From assembly GCA_023131975.1 (NCBI GenBank), contig JAGLYV010000054.1, positions 5,191 to 69,190 on the forward strand: 64,000 nucleotides of DNA, in the 5' to 3' direction. The first letter of the stretch is position 1, and each line of letters opens with the position of its first letter. Under the pieces are notes generated by a model. The model had not been told where the DNA came from and made no database searches. It saw only the letters and a list, made by a program, of their open reading frames with translations. A program made the translations under genes and the position numbers. Shown here one piece after another: positions 7,790-15,726 of this stretch. Origin of the DNA: Candidatus Krumholzibacteriia bacterium (GTDB taxonomy: Bacteria > Krumholzibacteriota > Krumholzibacteriia > Krumholzibacteriales > Krumholzibacteriaceae).

Positions 7790-9516
7790 TCAGACGGACG
7801 ATACTGTTTCTCCTGGTACCTCTTCTTGTTTCATGCGCCGAGGCGCCTCCCGATCTATCAGTGGCCCGAACCCCTGATGAGATCTGTGAGGATCTCGAGA
7901 TAGAGATCAGGACATCCCTCTTCGATGAGGATTACAAGGAAGTCAGGAAATCTGGTCTGCGATATATCGAGCAGTGTGAAGGAGCCGATAATATCGATGA
8001 TGTGAGACTGATTACGGGCAGGGCCTGCGTGGAAACCGGACACCTTACGGAAGCCAGGAATATACTGCTTCCCGTTACAGAAGTCGGTGTTTCGTCTCCA
8101 GGCAGGGGTGAGGCTTTTCTTATACTTGCAGGGATAGACCGGGGCAGGGGACTTTTCTATGATGCTGCTGTCTCGTTGCTCGAGGCTCTTTCTTCGGGCC
8201 TTGGCGACGCGTCAAGGATGACTGCCAGGGAAAGTCTGCGTGAAGTGACATCCCTGATGCCGGAGGGCCGACTTGAACGTGTGAGGGATGAATACGGATC
8301 CTTCGACGGAATAGGAATAGTCCTCGAGGCGTGTCTGATCTTTGCGGTGGCGGACAGCGATACTTCGAAGGTGAGGATGCTGAGAGAGCATCTCAGTTCT
8401 ATCGATGAAAAACGGACTGTACCCGACAGGGCTGTCAGCAGGAATATCATCTCGTCTGTGACAGAAAGCAGTGAGGATAGTGATCTGGCAGGTATGAGAC
8501 TCGGGCTTCTCTGCCCCTTGAGTGGCAGGTTCTCGCCGCTCGGAGAAGCTTTTCTCTGGGGTGCCTCCATAGCGATGAAGGAGGGTGCGAAAAGAGGAAT
8601 GGGAGGAGTGGAGCTGGTCGTCGGCGATACGGGCGCAAATCCTCTTACCGCGCTGAATGTTGCCAGAAGGATGGTAGATGAGGAAAAAGTATCCGCCATT
8701 GCCGGGTGTGTCCTCAGCGCGCCTACGATAGCGGCTTCGCAGGTCGCTCAGGTAGAGGGCGTAGTCATGTTTTCTACGGTCGCTACGGAGACCGGCATAT
8801 CCGGGATCGGTGATCATATATTCCAGGCGGGAACTGATCAACACACGGAGATCGCGGCTATCGCCTGGATAGCCTGCGTCGAGATGGAACTTGAGAGGAT
8901 AGCCTTTCTGTCGTCCGAAGATCCCGTATCAAGAAAGACAGAGCGGTTGTTCCGGGAGAATGTCGAACGTTTCGGGTCTTCCCTCGTGATCAGTGATTTT
9001 TACGATGAGGGCAGTACCGATTTCCTTGCGAATATCGAACGTATCAGAGGGGCGAGTCCTGATGCCCTGTTTATCGCGTCTGACGCAGAAGACCTCATAC
9101 TTATTCTGCCCCAGTTGTCGTTTTATGAATTCGGAGTCCAGTTGTTCGGATCGAGTTCATGGAATTCACGAAATCTGATCAGGATGACAGCAAGAGATAT
9201 GGAAAGCGCGGTCTTTCCCGCCGAGAGTGATATCAGCGGTGAAGAACAGATACTACGGTCTGCCGCCGCCATGGTCGACGATCAGAACGGAGAGGTCAAC
9301 AGGTTCTCTACGGGTGGATATATAGGGGTGAGCAAGATGCTCGAAGTCATGAAAGACGCCATGGAATCGGGCAGAGATCTTCGTGACGAGATGGAGAAGA
9401 ACCTGGAGAACAGGCAGCATCGGTACATCGAGCTGGTCAGTGGTGACGGGATCGTATTCTACACGATCAGGAACGAGAGACTTGTCAGGTTCACGACCCT
9501 TCGTCTTTCCCATTAA
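7786..9516 (+). CDS. Lipoprotein with N-terminal helical (TPR-like) domain and C-terminal LivK-type periplasmic-binding (PBP type 1) domain; LpoA-like architecture
   Basis: A lipobox LLVSCA is present. A Peripla_BP_6-like core follows (GLLCPLSGRFSPLGEA...VELVVGDTGANP...VSAIAGCVLSAPTIAASQV). The N-terminal ~230 aa are helical. Confidence 0.55.
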   Translation: MIRRTILFLLVPLLVSCAEAPPDLSVARTPDEICEDLEIEIRTSLFDEDYKEVRKSGLRYIEQCEGADNIDDVRLITGRACVETGHLTEARNILLPVTEVGVSSPGRGEAFLILAGIDRGRGLFYDAAVSLLEALSSGLGDASRMTARESLREVTSLMPEGRLERVRDEYGSFDGIGIVLEACLIFAVADSDTSKVRMLREHLSSIDEKRTVPDRAVSRNIISSVTESSEDSDLAGMRLGLLCPLSGRFSPLGEAFLWGASIAMKEGAKRGMGGVELVVGDTGANPLTALNVARRMVDEEKVSAIAGCVLSAPTIAASQVAQVEGVVMFSTVATETGISGIGDHIFQAGTDQHTEIAAIAWIACVEMELERIAFLSSEDPVSRKTERLFRENVERFGSSLVISDFYDEGSTDFLANIERIRGASPDALFIASDAEDLILILPQLSFYEFGVQLFGSSSWNSRNLIRMTARDMESAVFPAESDISGEEQILRSAAAMVDDQNGEVNRFSTGGYIGVSKMLEVMKDAMESGRDLRDEMEKNLENRQHRYIELVSGDGIVFYTIRNERLVRFTTLRLSH

Positions 9517-10175
9517 TTCAGCTTGAAGCTGATCAGAAAACTGACCCAGAAAGATTGCGGTTCACCATTTTCCGTCACCGGTTTGAATCGGAACTGCTTT
9601 ACCGCTACCAGCGATGCCGTTTCGAAACTCTCTATGCCATATACCTTTCTTACCCAGGCTTCCGCTACGCGACCGGTTTTGTCTATATACACTTCGACCA
9701 GTACGTAGCCTTCCTTTCTCAGGGCCAGGGCATCTTCGGGATAGGCAGGTTTAACCATATTGAGGATGACGTAATCCTCCCTGAAAGGGACCGCAGTGTG
9801 CGAAGGGTAGGTCCTTAGAAAATCTCTGCCGGTCACATCATCAAAGACCTCTTCCACTTCTTTCTCCGGGGCGGTGCTGAGCTCGGGGTCATCCTCTTCG
9901 ACATCCCTTTCATCGTCGCTGACAAGTTCGATCTCCCTGGCCACCATGTCGTGGCGTTCTTCCGAGAATATCTCTGCCTCGATACTCTTGTCGTCAATGA
10001 TAGTGATTTCGGGGAGGATCCGCAGCGGTCCCTGGTAACCGACCGAGAAAAACTTGTCTACGATCTGAGTATGCTCTATCGTCATCAGTATGATAATCAG
10101 GACCAGGAATGCTACTGGAAGCAGGTAGGCGAGCCTCTTTGTGCGTCGCTTGTCGTAGTCTATGATCTTGCCCAT
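9513..10175 (-). CDS. TonB family protein (N-terminal membrane anchor, acidic linker, TonB_C domain)
   Basis: The C-terminal YPEDALALRKEGYVLVEVYIDKTGRV...FKP matches the TonB C-terminal domain. An N-terminal TM helix is present. Its stop overlaps the convergent upstream gene by 4 nt. Confidence 0.7.
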   Translation of the reverse strand: MGKIIDYDKRRTKRLAYLLPVAFLVLIIILMTIEHTQIVDKFFSVGYQGPLRILPEITIIDDKSIEAEIFSEERHDMVAREIELVSDDERDVEEDDPELSTAPEKEVEEVFDDVTGRDFLRTYPSHTAVPFREDYVILNMVKPAYPEDALALRKEGYVLVEVYIDKTGRVAEAWVRKVYGIESFETASLVAVKQFRFKPVTENGEPQSFWVSFLISFKLN

Positions 10176-10265
10176 CTGCGCTCACATCCTTGATATCAAT
10201 ATGCCGATGGCAGGTCTCTCAGTCAAGAAGCTCCTCCCGGCAGGAAACCTGCGTGGTGAGTAGAG

Positions 10266-12563
10266 TCAATCGATATCGATCGAGATCTTTCCGTCCACTG
10301 CCGAATCCGTATCGATTTCCAACATGCCGGGAGCGTCACCGACAGGAAGAGATATTGTGATAAAATGCCTGCCCTCATCCAGGCAATAGAATGCGGCATT
10401 TCCATCTACTCCTGTCGTAGCGGAAAAGACTCCGTCGACCGAAATATGTGCCTGTCCTACCGGGACGCCGTTTTTTGTCAGGTGGATCGAATATGGCGAA
10501 CATGGATGTTGCCCCTGGGAGAAGAACAGTATAAGGCCGGCGGCGATCCTGGAGGATTCAAGCTCGAGCCAGACTGGATTACGGAATATCTTTTCTGTGG
10601 AACTCCCCAGTGGTGCGAACACGGCGCAGGCGGGGCAGGATGTCTGCTGCAAGAAGAGGGATGCTGACTCTATGACCTCTGTTTCCGCGGCTGGAGGAAC
10701 GCCGGCAAGCGTGTTCATCAGGTGTTCTGCCGCCATTTTTCCCCGCGTGCTGCCGGGATAATGGTGGAAAGTGAATTTCGATTCGTTCTGGCCGGACGGG
10801 CCTCCGAATCTGAGGCCGAGAGCCAGGTGCGGAGCGAACCTGTTCACCTTGTCGATCCTTTCGTAGATCGAAAGTGTCTCTTCGCCTTTTCTTGTCATCA
10901 GGACCCTCGCTCCTGCTGATTCGAGAATATCTTTTACCCTTTTCGCGAGTTCGAGGTTTATCGTCGACCCTCTCACGAGGTCTGGGCTGATGCCGTAACT
11001 ATCATCGCCTCCTCCGGCCGGATCGAGAACCACCCGGCGTCCCTGGAGGATGCCTCCGAACACCGGGGAAAGCCCGAACACCGGGCTCTTGACAGCATCT
11101 TCTGTCGTCAGTGGGTGGGGGCGGTATCCCTTTGCTGAGAGGATCATGCGCTGTTCGAAAAGTGACAGTGGAAGTTCAAGCAGACCTTTCTCATCACCCG
11201 TCCTTGATGTTCCGTCCGGCAGTAAAAGCAGGGGGGTATCGACTGGTCTGCGCGACGAGGCGTCTACGATTTCAATAGTCAACCCGGTCGCGCCGGACAG
11301 GGCGAATAGTATGGTGTCGCACTTGTCATATGACGAGACACGAAAGCTCTCATGGGCGTCCGATGAGGGACATGTAAAAGAGATCAGACCACCGGAGGTC
11401 CTGACTCTGGAGATATGGCCCCCTGAGAGGGAGGCTGCCCTCACCGGCGTTCCGTCGGAAACGGGTCCGCCAAGTTCATCCAGTATGCTTATTGACAGGG
11501 AAAGCATGCCATCGGAAAGCCTGCGGGGCGGCATTGGAAGAAAGAACCTTGCCGGCCTGTCGACTGTTATGCTGACAGGATTACTGACCGAGCGGGCTCC
11601 TCCGGTCGAACGTACGGAAGCCCTGAAAGAATACTGGCCGTTCGGTATTGCCGCAGGGATGGGACATGAAAGGATCCCTTTTACGGGAGCCCAGACGGAG
11701 CCGAGTTCCCGGCCGTTCATCGTGACTCGCATAGAGCCGGGTTCGATGGCTATTCCCGCGCCTCTTTTTACGCTGAACGATATCGATCCGGGGAGAAAAA
11801 GTGTATCGCTGCTGGAAACGATATGCTCGATGATCGGGACTCCGCGAGAGAAATATGAAAGGAGACCGAGAAAATACGCTTCCGCCTCCAGTCTCTGCAG
11901 GGTCGATATTTTCAGGCGTTTTTCTACTTCGGGATGCGATATGTAGCTTGCTTCTCCGAGGATAGAGGCCCCCGCGTCAGAGTTTCTGAGTACATGGTAA
12001 TTGCCCGGTTTGATACAGGAGGTCTCTATTCCGAGGTTTCTGGCGAGGTGAATGTGTATATCCTCTGCCAGTTCAAGTGACGCGGAAGGGTCCGAACTCC
12101 GGTAGTAGACTTCGATACGGTTGCGTTTTCTGTCCAGAGAGATATGCGAGTTGTGATGGATAGAGATGAAGACTTCAGGCTCGAATCGGTTAGCGAGTTC
12201 TGTCCGTGCCGCAAGATCATCCCTGAGTTCTTCAGAACCAGCAGGAAGAAAATCACGGTCTGTCGATCTTGTCAGGTGGACATCCGCGCCCGCTTCATCG
12301 AGCATGCCCCAGAGGTAGAGGGCGACACCCAGATTGGCATCAGATTCTGTCAGACTGTCCACACCGACAGCGCCTCTGAAACTGCCACCATGCCCCGGGT
12401 CGATTACGATCCTCCGGTCTTCAAGAACGCTCTGGTCGAATGTTCCCGGTTCCTCACTGAGCTGGTTGTACAGAGCGTCCCATTCCGATATGTGGTGAGC
12501 ACAACCTGCCACCATTCCGGCTATAAGGCTGGCAATCACGGTTTTAAACAGTAATTTCTTCAT
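10266..12563 (-). CDS. N-acetylmuramoyl-L-alanine amidase family lipoprotein with two Amidase_3-like domains; the second is degenerate
   Basis: The ATG at 12563 (minus) is preceded by AAGGAGA. A lipobox MVAGCA is present. The first domain carries IVIDPGHGG. The second carries VVLDPAGGGDD, where the His is replaced. The gene is co-directional with the downstream TonB. Confidence 0.7.
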   Translation of the reverse strand: MKKLLFKTVIASLIAGMVAGCAHHISEWDALYNQLSEEPGTFDQSVLEDRRIVIDPGHGGSFRGAVGVDSLTESDANLGVALYLWGMLDEAGADVHLTRSTDRDFLPAGSEELRDDLAARTELANRFEPEVFISIHHNSHISLDRKRNRIEVYYRSSDPSASLELAEDIHIHLARNLGIETSCIKPGNYHVLRNSDAGASILGEASYISHPEVEKRLKISTLQRLEAEAYFLGLLSYFSRGVPIIEHIVSSSDTLFLPGSISFSVKRGAGIAIEPGSMRVTMNGRELGSVWAPVKGILSCPIPAAIPNGQYSFRASVRSTGGARSVSNPVSITVDRPARFFLPMPPRRLSDGMLSLSISILDELGGPVSDGTPVRAASLSGGHISRVRTSGGLISFTCPSSDAHESFRVSSYDKCDTILFALSGATGLTIEIVDASSRRPVDTPLLLLPDGTSRTGDEKGLLELPLSLFEQRMILSAKGYRPHPLTTEDAVKSPVFGLSPVFGGILQGRRVVLDPAGGGDDSYGISPDLVRGSTINLELAKRVKDILESAGARVLMTRKGEETLSIYERIDKVNRFAPHLALGLRFGGPSGQNESKFTFHHYPGSTRGKMAAEHLMNTLAGVPPAAETEVIESASLFLQQTSCPACAVFAPLGSSTEKIFRNPVWLELESSRIAAGLILFFSQGQHPCSPYSIHLTKNGVPVGQAHISVDGVFSATTGVDGNAAFYCLDEGRHFITISLPVGDAPGMLEIDTDSAVDGKISIDID

Positions 12564-12691
12564 ATTGGTCTCCTTCCGGGAGTAATTGTCCCCCGAAAAC
12601 ATCTTTATCAGATAGCAGGTCGCGCTTCAAGACACAAATCGATCTGGAGGCAGGAATAAAAAACTGCGCATTTATCAATATGTTGTGAAAA

Positions 12692-14167
12692 TTGTTGACG
12701 GTTCCCCCAATATATGGTAGAAAATGGCAGGTTGGCACTCTGTTGAACGATTGGAGAAACATCAAGTCGTCGCTGAAGATACTGCCCTCCGTAGAGAGGG
12801 TTCTGGAGGATGAGCGTGTCTCAGAGACTATCAATGTCAACTCCAGAAATGGAATTACCAGGATAACTCGTGATACGATAGAATATTACAGAAATCTTGT
12901 TCTTTCAGGGGAAGATCTTGGTGACGAGGCAGGTATACTTTCCCGGATAAGGGATGAAGTCGCCCGAAAAGTGGAATTGACGGGCAGAACGAGCCAGAGA
13001 AAGGTAATAAATGCCACCGGTGTAGTTCTTCATACCAATCTTGGCAGGGCTCCACTGGGAGATTGTGTGACGGAGTCATTGCTTCGTGCAGCTTCCGGGT
13101 ATATTGATCTTGAAGTGGACCTGGAGACCGGAGAGAGGACTCACAGGGAGAGAAGGGTCATTGAACTGCTCGAACTGATTACCGGGGCCGAAAGCGCTCT
13201 GGTCGTCAACAACACGGCTGCTGCCCTCCTGCTCGCGGTAAATACCTTCGCGGGTGAAGGCACTGTGGCTGTTTCGAGAGGTGAACTGGTCGAAATAGGC
13301 GGCAGTTTCAGACTTCCGGAGATACTCGAAAGGTCGGCTGCCCGTGTCCTGGAGATCGGTACTACCAACAGGACCGACCTGAAGGACTACGAAAGGGCTG
13401 TCGAGGATGGAGCCAGCCTGATACTGAAGGTCCATACGAGTAATTACAGGATCGTCGGATATACCGATGATGTTCCTCTCGGAAGGCTGGCCGAACTGGG
13501 AAAGGCGAAGGACGTTCCTGTGATGTATGATCAGGGGAGCGGTATCCTCTTCCCGCTCGGGAAAGAGGGTATAAGTGGTGAGGCCGATATCGGGTCTCTT
13601 TTGTCCACCGGCGTGGACATAATGACTTTCAGCGGAGACAAGGTGTTGGGTGGACCGCAGGCAGGGATCATAATCGGGCGAAGACGTTATATAGAACAGA
13701 TGAAAAAGAACCATCTGTCCCGGGCGCTTAGAGTCGATAAACTGACGCTTGCATGCCTTGAAGCCGTTCTGGTGAGATATTGGCGGGGAGAAACAGCCAT
13801 GATCCCGGCGCTGCACATGATAATGACTACCAGGGATGAGATAGCGGAAAGGGCAGAGAGCTTTTCGGCGGCACTCAGGGAAAGAACGGGAGAGACCGTG
13901 GAGATCGAGGTCGTCGAGGGAGAATCCTCGATAGGAGGAGGTAGTTTTCCTCTCGATCCTTTGCCGACTGCTCTTGTGGAGATACGGATCGGTAAAAGTC
14001 GGGCATCCAGACTGGCTGGTAGTATGAGGGGCATGGATCCCGCAGTATTTGTTCGGATTAAAGAAGAAAGTCTATATCTTGATATGAGGACAGTCGCGGA
14101 AGACGAGGAACAGATCCTTCTGGACAGCCTCGAAGAGGGAATAAATAGATTCTCAGGGAAGGAATGA
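12692..14167 (+). CDS. selA: L-seryl-tRNA(Sec) selenium transferase (selenocysteine synthase) family
   Basis: The PLP-lysine motif FSGDKVLGGPQAGII is present along with other SelA blocks (VINATGVVLHTNLGRAPL, IGGSFRLPE). The start is uncertain: it is either TTG 12692 or a downstream TTG. A TTGACG/TAGAAA promoter-like element lies at 12695-12723. Confidence 0.75.
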   Translation: MLTVPPIYGRKWQVGTLLNDWRNIKSSLKILPSVERVLEDERVSETINVNSRNGITRITRDTIEYYRNLVLSGEDLGDEAGILSRIRDEVARKVELTGRTSQRKVINATGVVLHTNLGRAPLGDCVTESLLRAASGYIDLEVDLETGERTHRERRVIELLELITGAESALVVNNTAAALLLAVNTFAGEGTVAVSRGELVEIGGSFRLPEILERSAARVLEIGTTNRTDLKDYERAVEDGASLILKVHTSNYRIVGYTDDVPLGRLAELGKAKDVPVMYDQGSGILFPLGKEGISGEADIGSLLSTGVDIMTFSGDKVLGGPQAGIIIGRRRYIEQMKKNHLSRALRVDKLTLACLEAVLVRYWRGETAMIPALHMIMTTRDEIAERAESFSAALRERTGETVEIEVVEGESSIGGGSFPLDPLPTALVEIRIGKSRASRLAGSMRGMDPAVFVRIKEESLYLDMRTVAEDEEQILLDSLEEGINRFSGKE

Positions 14168-15693
14168 TGAGCATGGGTGATGAAAGTAAATGCTTTCCAG
14201 GTGAAGACCCGAAAAAGGGTTTTGGCGGAGAAGGTTTCTCCATATTCCTCGATGAATCGGAGATGCTTACTTTCATGGAGGAGGGCGATTTTTCCTCTTC
14301 GCGCGACCTTGAACATTTCAGTGCCATCAGTTCGGGTTTCGAGAAAAAACTGAAAGATGGCGGCGGATTCTCTCTGCTTGCCCTTTCAGCCAGCGGGGAG
14401 AGGATCTCAAGAGATTTTACTGTACTCCAGGTAGCGCATAACCTGGCGAAACACGGAAAAAAAGTCCTTATCGTGGACTGTGATTTTCTGGCCCCGGGCT
14501 TGAGCGGACTGATCAGGAATATCGAGGATCATGGATTCCTGGACCTTCTTCTGTACGGCAGCTCGCTGAAATCGGTGTTGCAGACTACCGGTATAGATAA
14601 CGTCAATGTGACTGGCCCCGGGTCGTTTCCCGTATCGAGGACGATTCCGTTTGCCCTGAAGGAATTTTCGAAGGTCCGTGATTTCCTGGCAGGAAAAGCT
14701 GATGTGGTCATCTATTGTTCGACCCTCTACGCGGAGGACGAGGCCATCAACCCGCTGCTCGGAATGGCGGATAGTATTCTTCTATGTTGCAGGATAGACG
14801 ATCTGGAAGAGGGTGGTCTCGAAAAGAGGATTTCTGACACGGGCGAGTACGCGTCAAAGGTCGATCTTATCTGTTTCTGCAGTCGCATGGGAGATTCGGT
14901 AGCCGAAGAGGTACCGGAAACGACTTCCACCGTTCCTGATATTGAAGACGAGGGTGAAGATATCCTGGATCTCGATCCTGAATCCGAGATACCGGAAACA
15001 ATAGAAGAGGACAAAGATCTGGAACCGGCATTTCTGGAGAAATCGGAAGAGATCGATTCGATGAGGAAAAGAGGCCGGGGCGGGATCAGTCTACCAAGGG
15101 TATTAGCGATCGGCATTCCGGCCGTGGTCGTGGCCTTTGTCGTCTGGTGGGTCATGCTCGAGAGATCCACTCAGGAGCAGGAGGGCGCCGGAAAGATGAC
15201 TGAGCTTGTGCAGAAACAACAGGATGTCCGGGAGATGGCGGCGCGTACCGGAGGATTGGATTCCGCGGAAGCTGGTCTCGTCGAGGGCACAGGTACGGAG
15301 CAGGATCTGGCTGTAGAAGACAATGCAGGAGAAGAGACTGAGGGCACTGCCGGGCAGGAAACCGGAGACCTGGAGACTGAACTGGAGGGAACCGGGGAAA
15401 ATGTCGTAGATGAAGAACCGGTGCCTGAAATCCGGACTCCCGCGCCCGCGGGTTCGTATTATACCATTCATGTCGCCTCATTCAAGGATGTGTCGAGAGC
15501 CGGCACGGAGACCGATTATCTTGAGGATAACGGATATGAGGTGAGCGTGAAGGAAGTGGATGTAAAGGGTGGATCCTGGTACAGGGTCTATGTCGGTGAA
15601 TTTGATAACAGGGAAGAGGCTGAGGCGATCAGGGTGCAGTTGGGAGAGTTGAGACGGATCGCCTACACAAGAGTAGTGACATTGAAATATTAG
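14164..15693 (+). CDS. Cell-division-type SPOR-domain protein with N-terminal degenerate P-loop (BY-kinase/MinD-like) domain, one TM helix and C-terminal SPOR domain
   Basis: The C-terminal YYTIHVASF...GGSWYRVYVGEFDNREEAEAIRVQL is a SPOR domain. A TM helix LAIGIPAVVVAFVVWWVML and an acidic linker precede it. The N-domain aligns to CapB/Wzc/MinD: the Walker A' LIVDCDFLAP is kept, but the Walker A is replaced by ALSASGERIS. Confidence 0.6.
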   Translation: MMSMGDESKCFPGEDPKKGFGGEGFSIFLDESEMLTFMEEGDFSSSRDLEHFSAISSGFEKKLKDGGGFSLLALSASGERISRDFTVLQVAHNLAKHGKKVLIVDCDFLAPGLSGLIRNIEDHGFLDLLLYGSSLKSVLQTTGIDNVNVTGPGSFPVSRTIPFALKEFSKVRDFLAGKADVVIYCSTLYAEDEAINPLLGMADSILLCCRIDDLEEGGLEKRISDTGEYASKVDLICFCSRMGDSVAEEVPETTSTVPDIEDEGEDILDLDPESEIPETIEEDKDLEPAFLEKSEEIDSMRKRGRGGISLPRVLAIGIPAVVVAFVVWWVMLERSTQEQEGAGKMTELVQKQQDVREMAARTGGLDSAEAGLVEGTGTEQDLAVEDNAGEETEGTAGQETGDLETELEGTGENVVDEEPVPEIRTPAPAGSYYTIHVASFKDVSRAGTETDYLEDNGYEVSVKEVDVKGGSWYRVYVGEFDNREEAEAIRVQLGELRRIAYTRVVTLKY

Positions 15694-15726
15694 TTGAGGA
15701 AATTTTCTCAGTGGAGGTAGAAGAGG

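Noticed and set aside
13076-13816. 246-aa minus-strand ORF
   Set aside because: It lies entirely inside selA on the opposite strand. The selA frame carries the conserved PLP-lysine motif.
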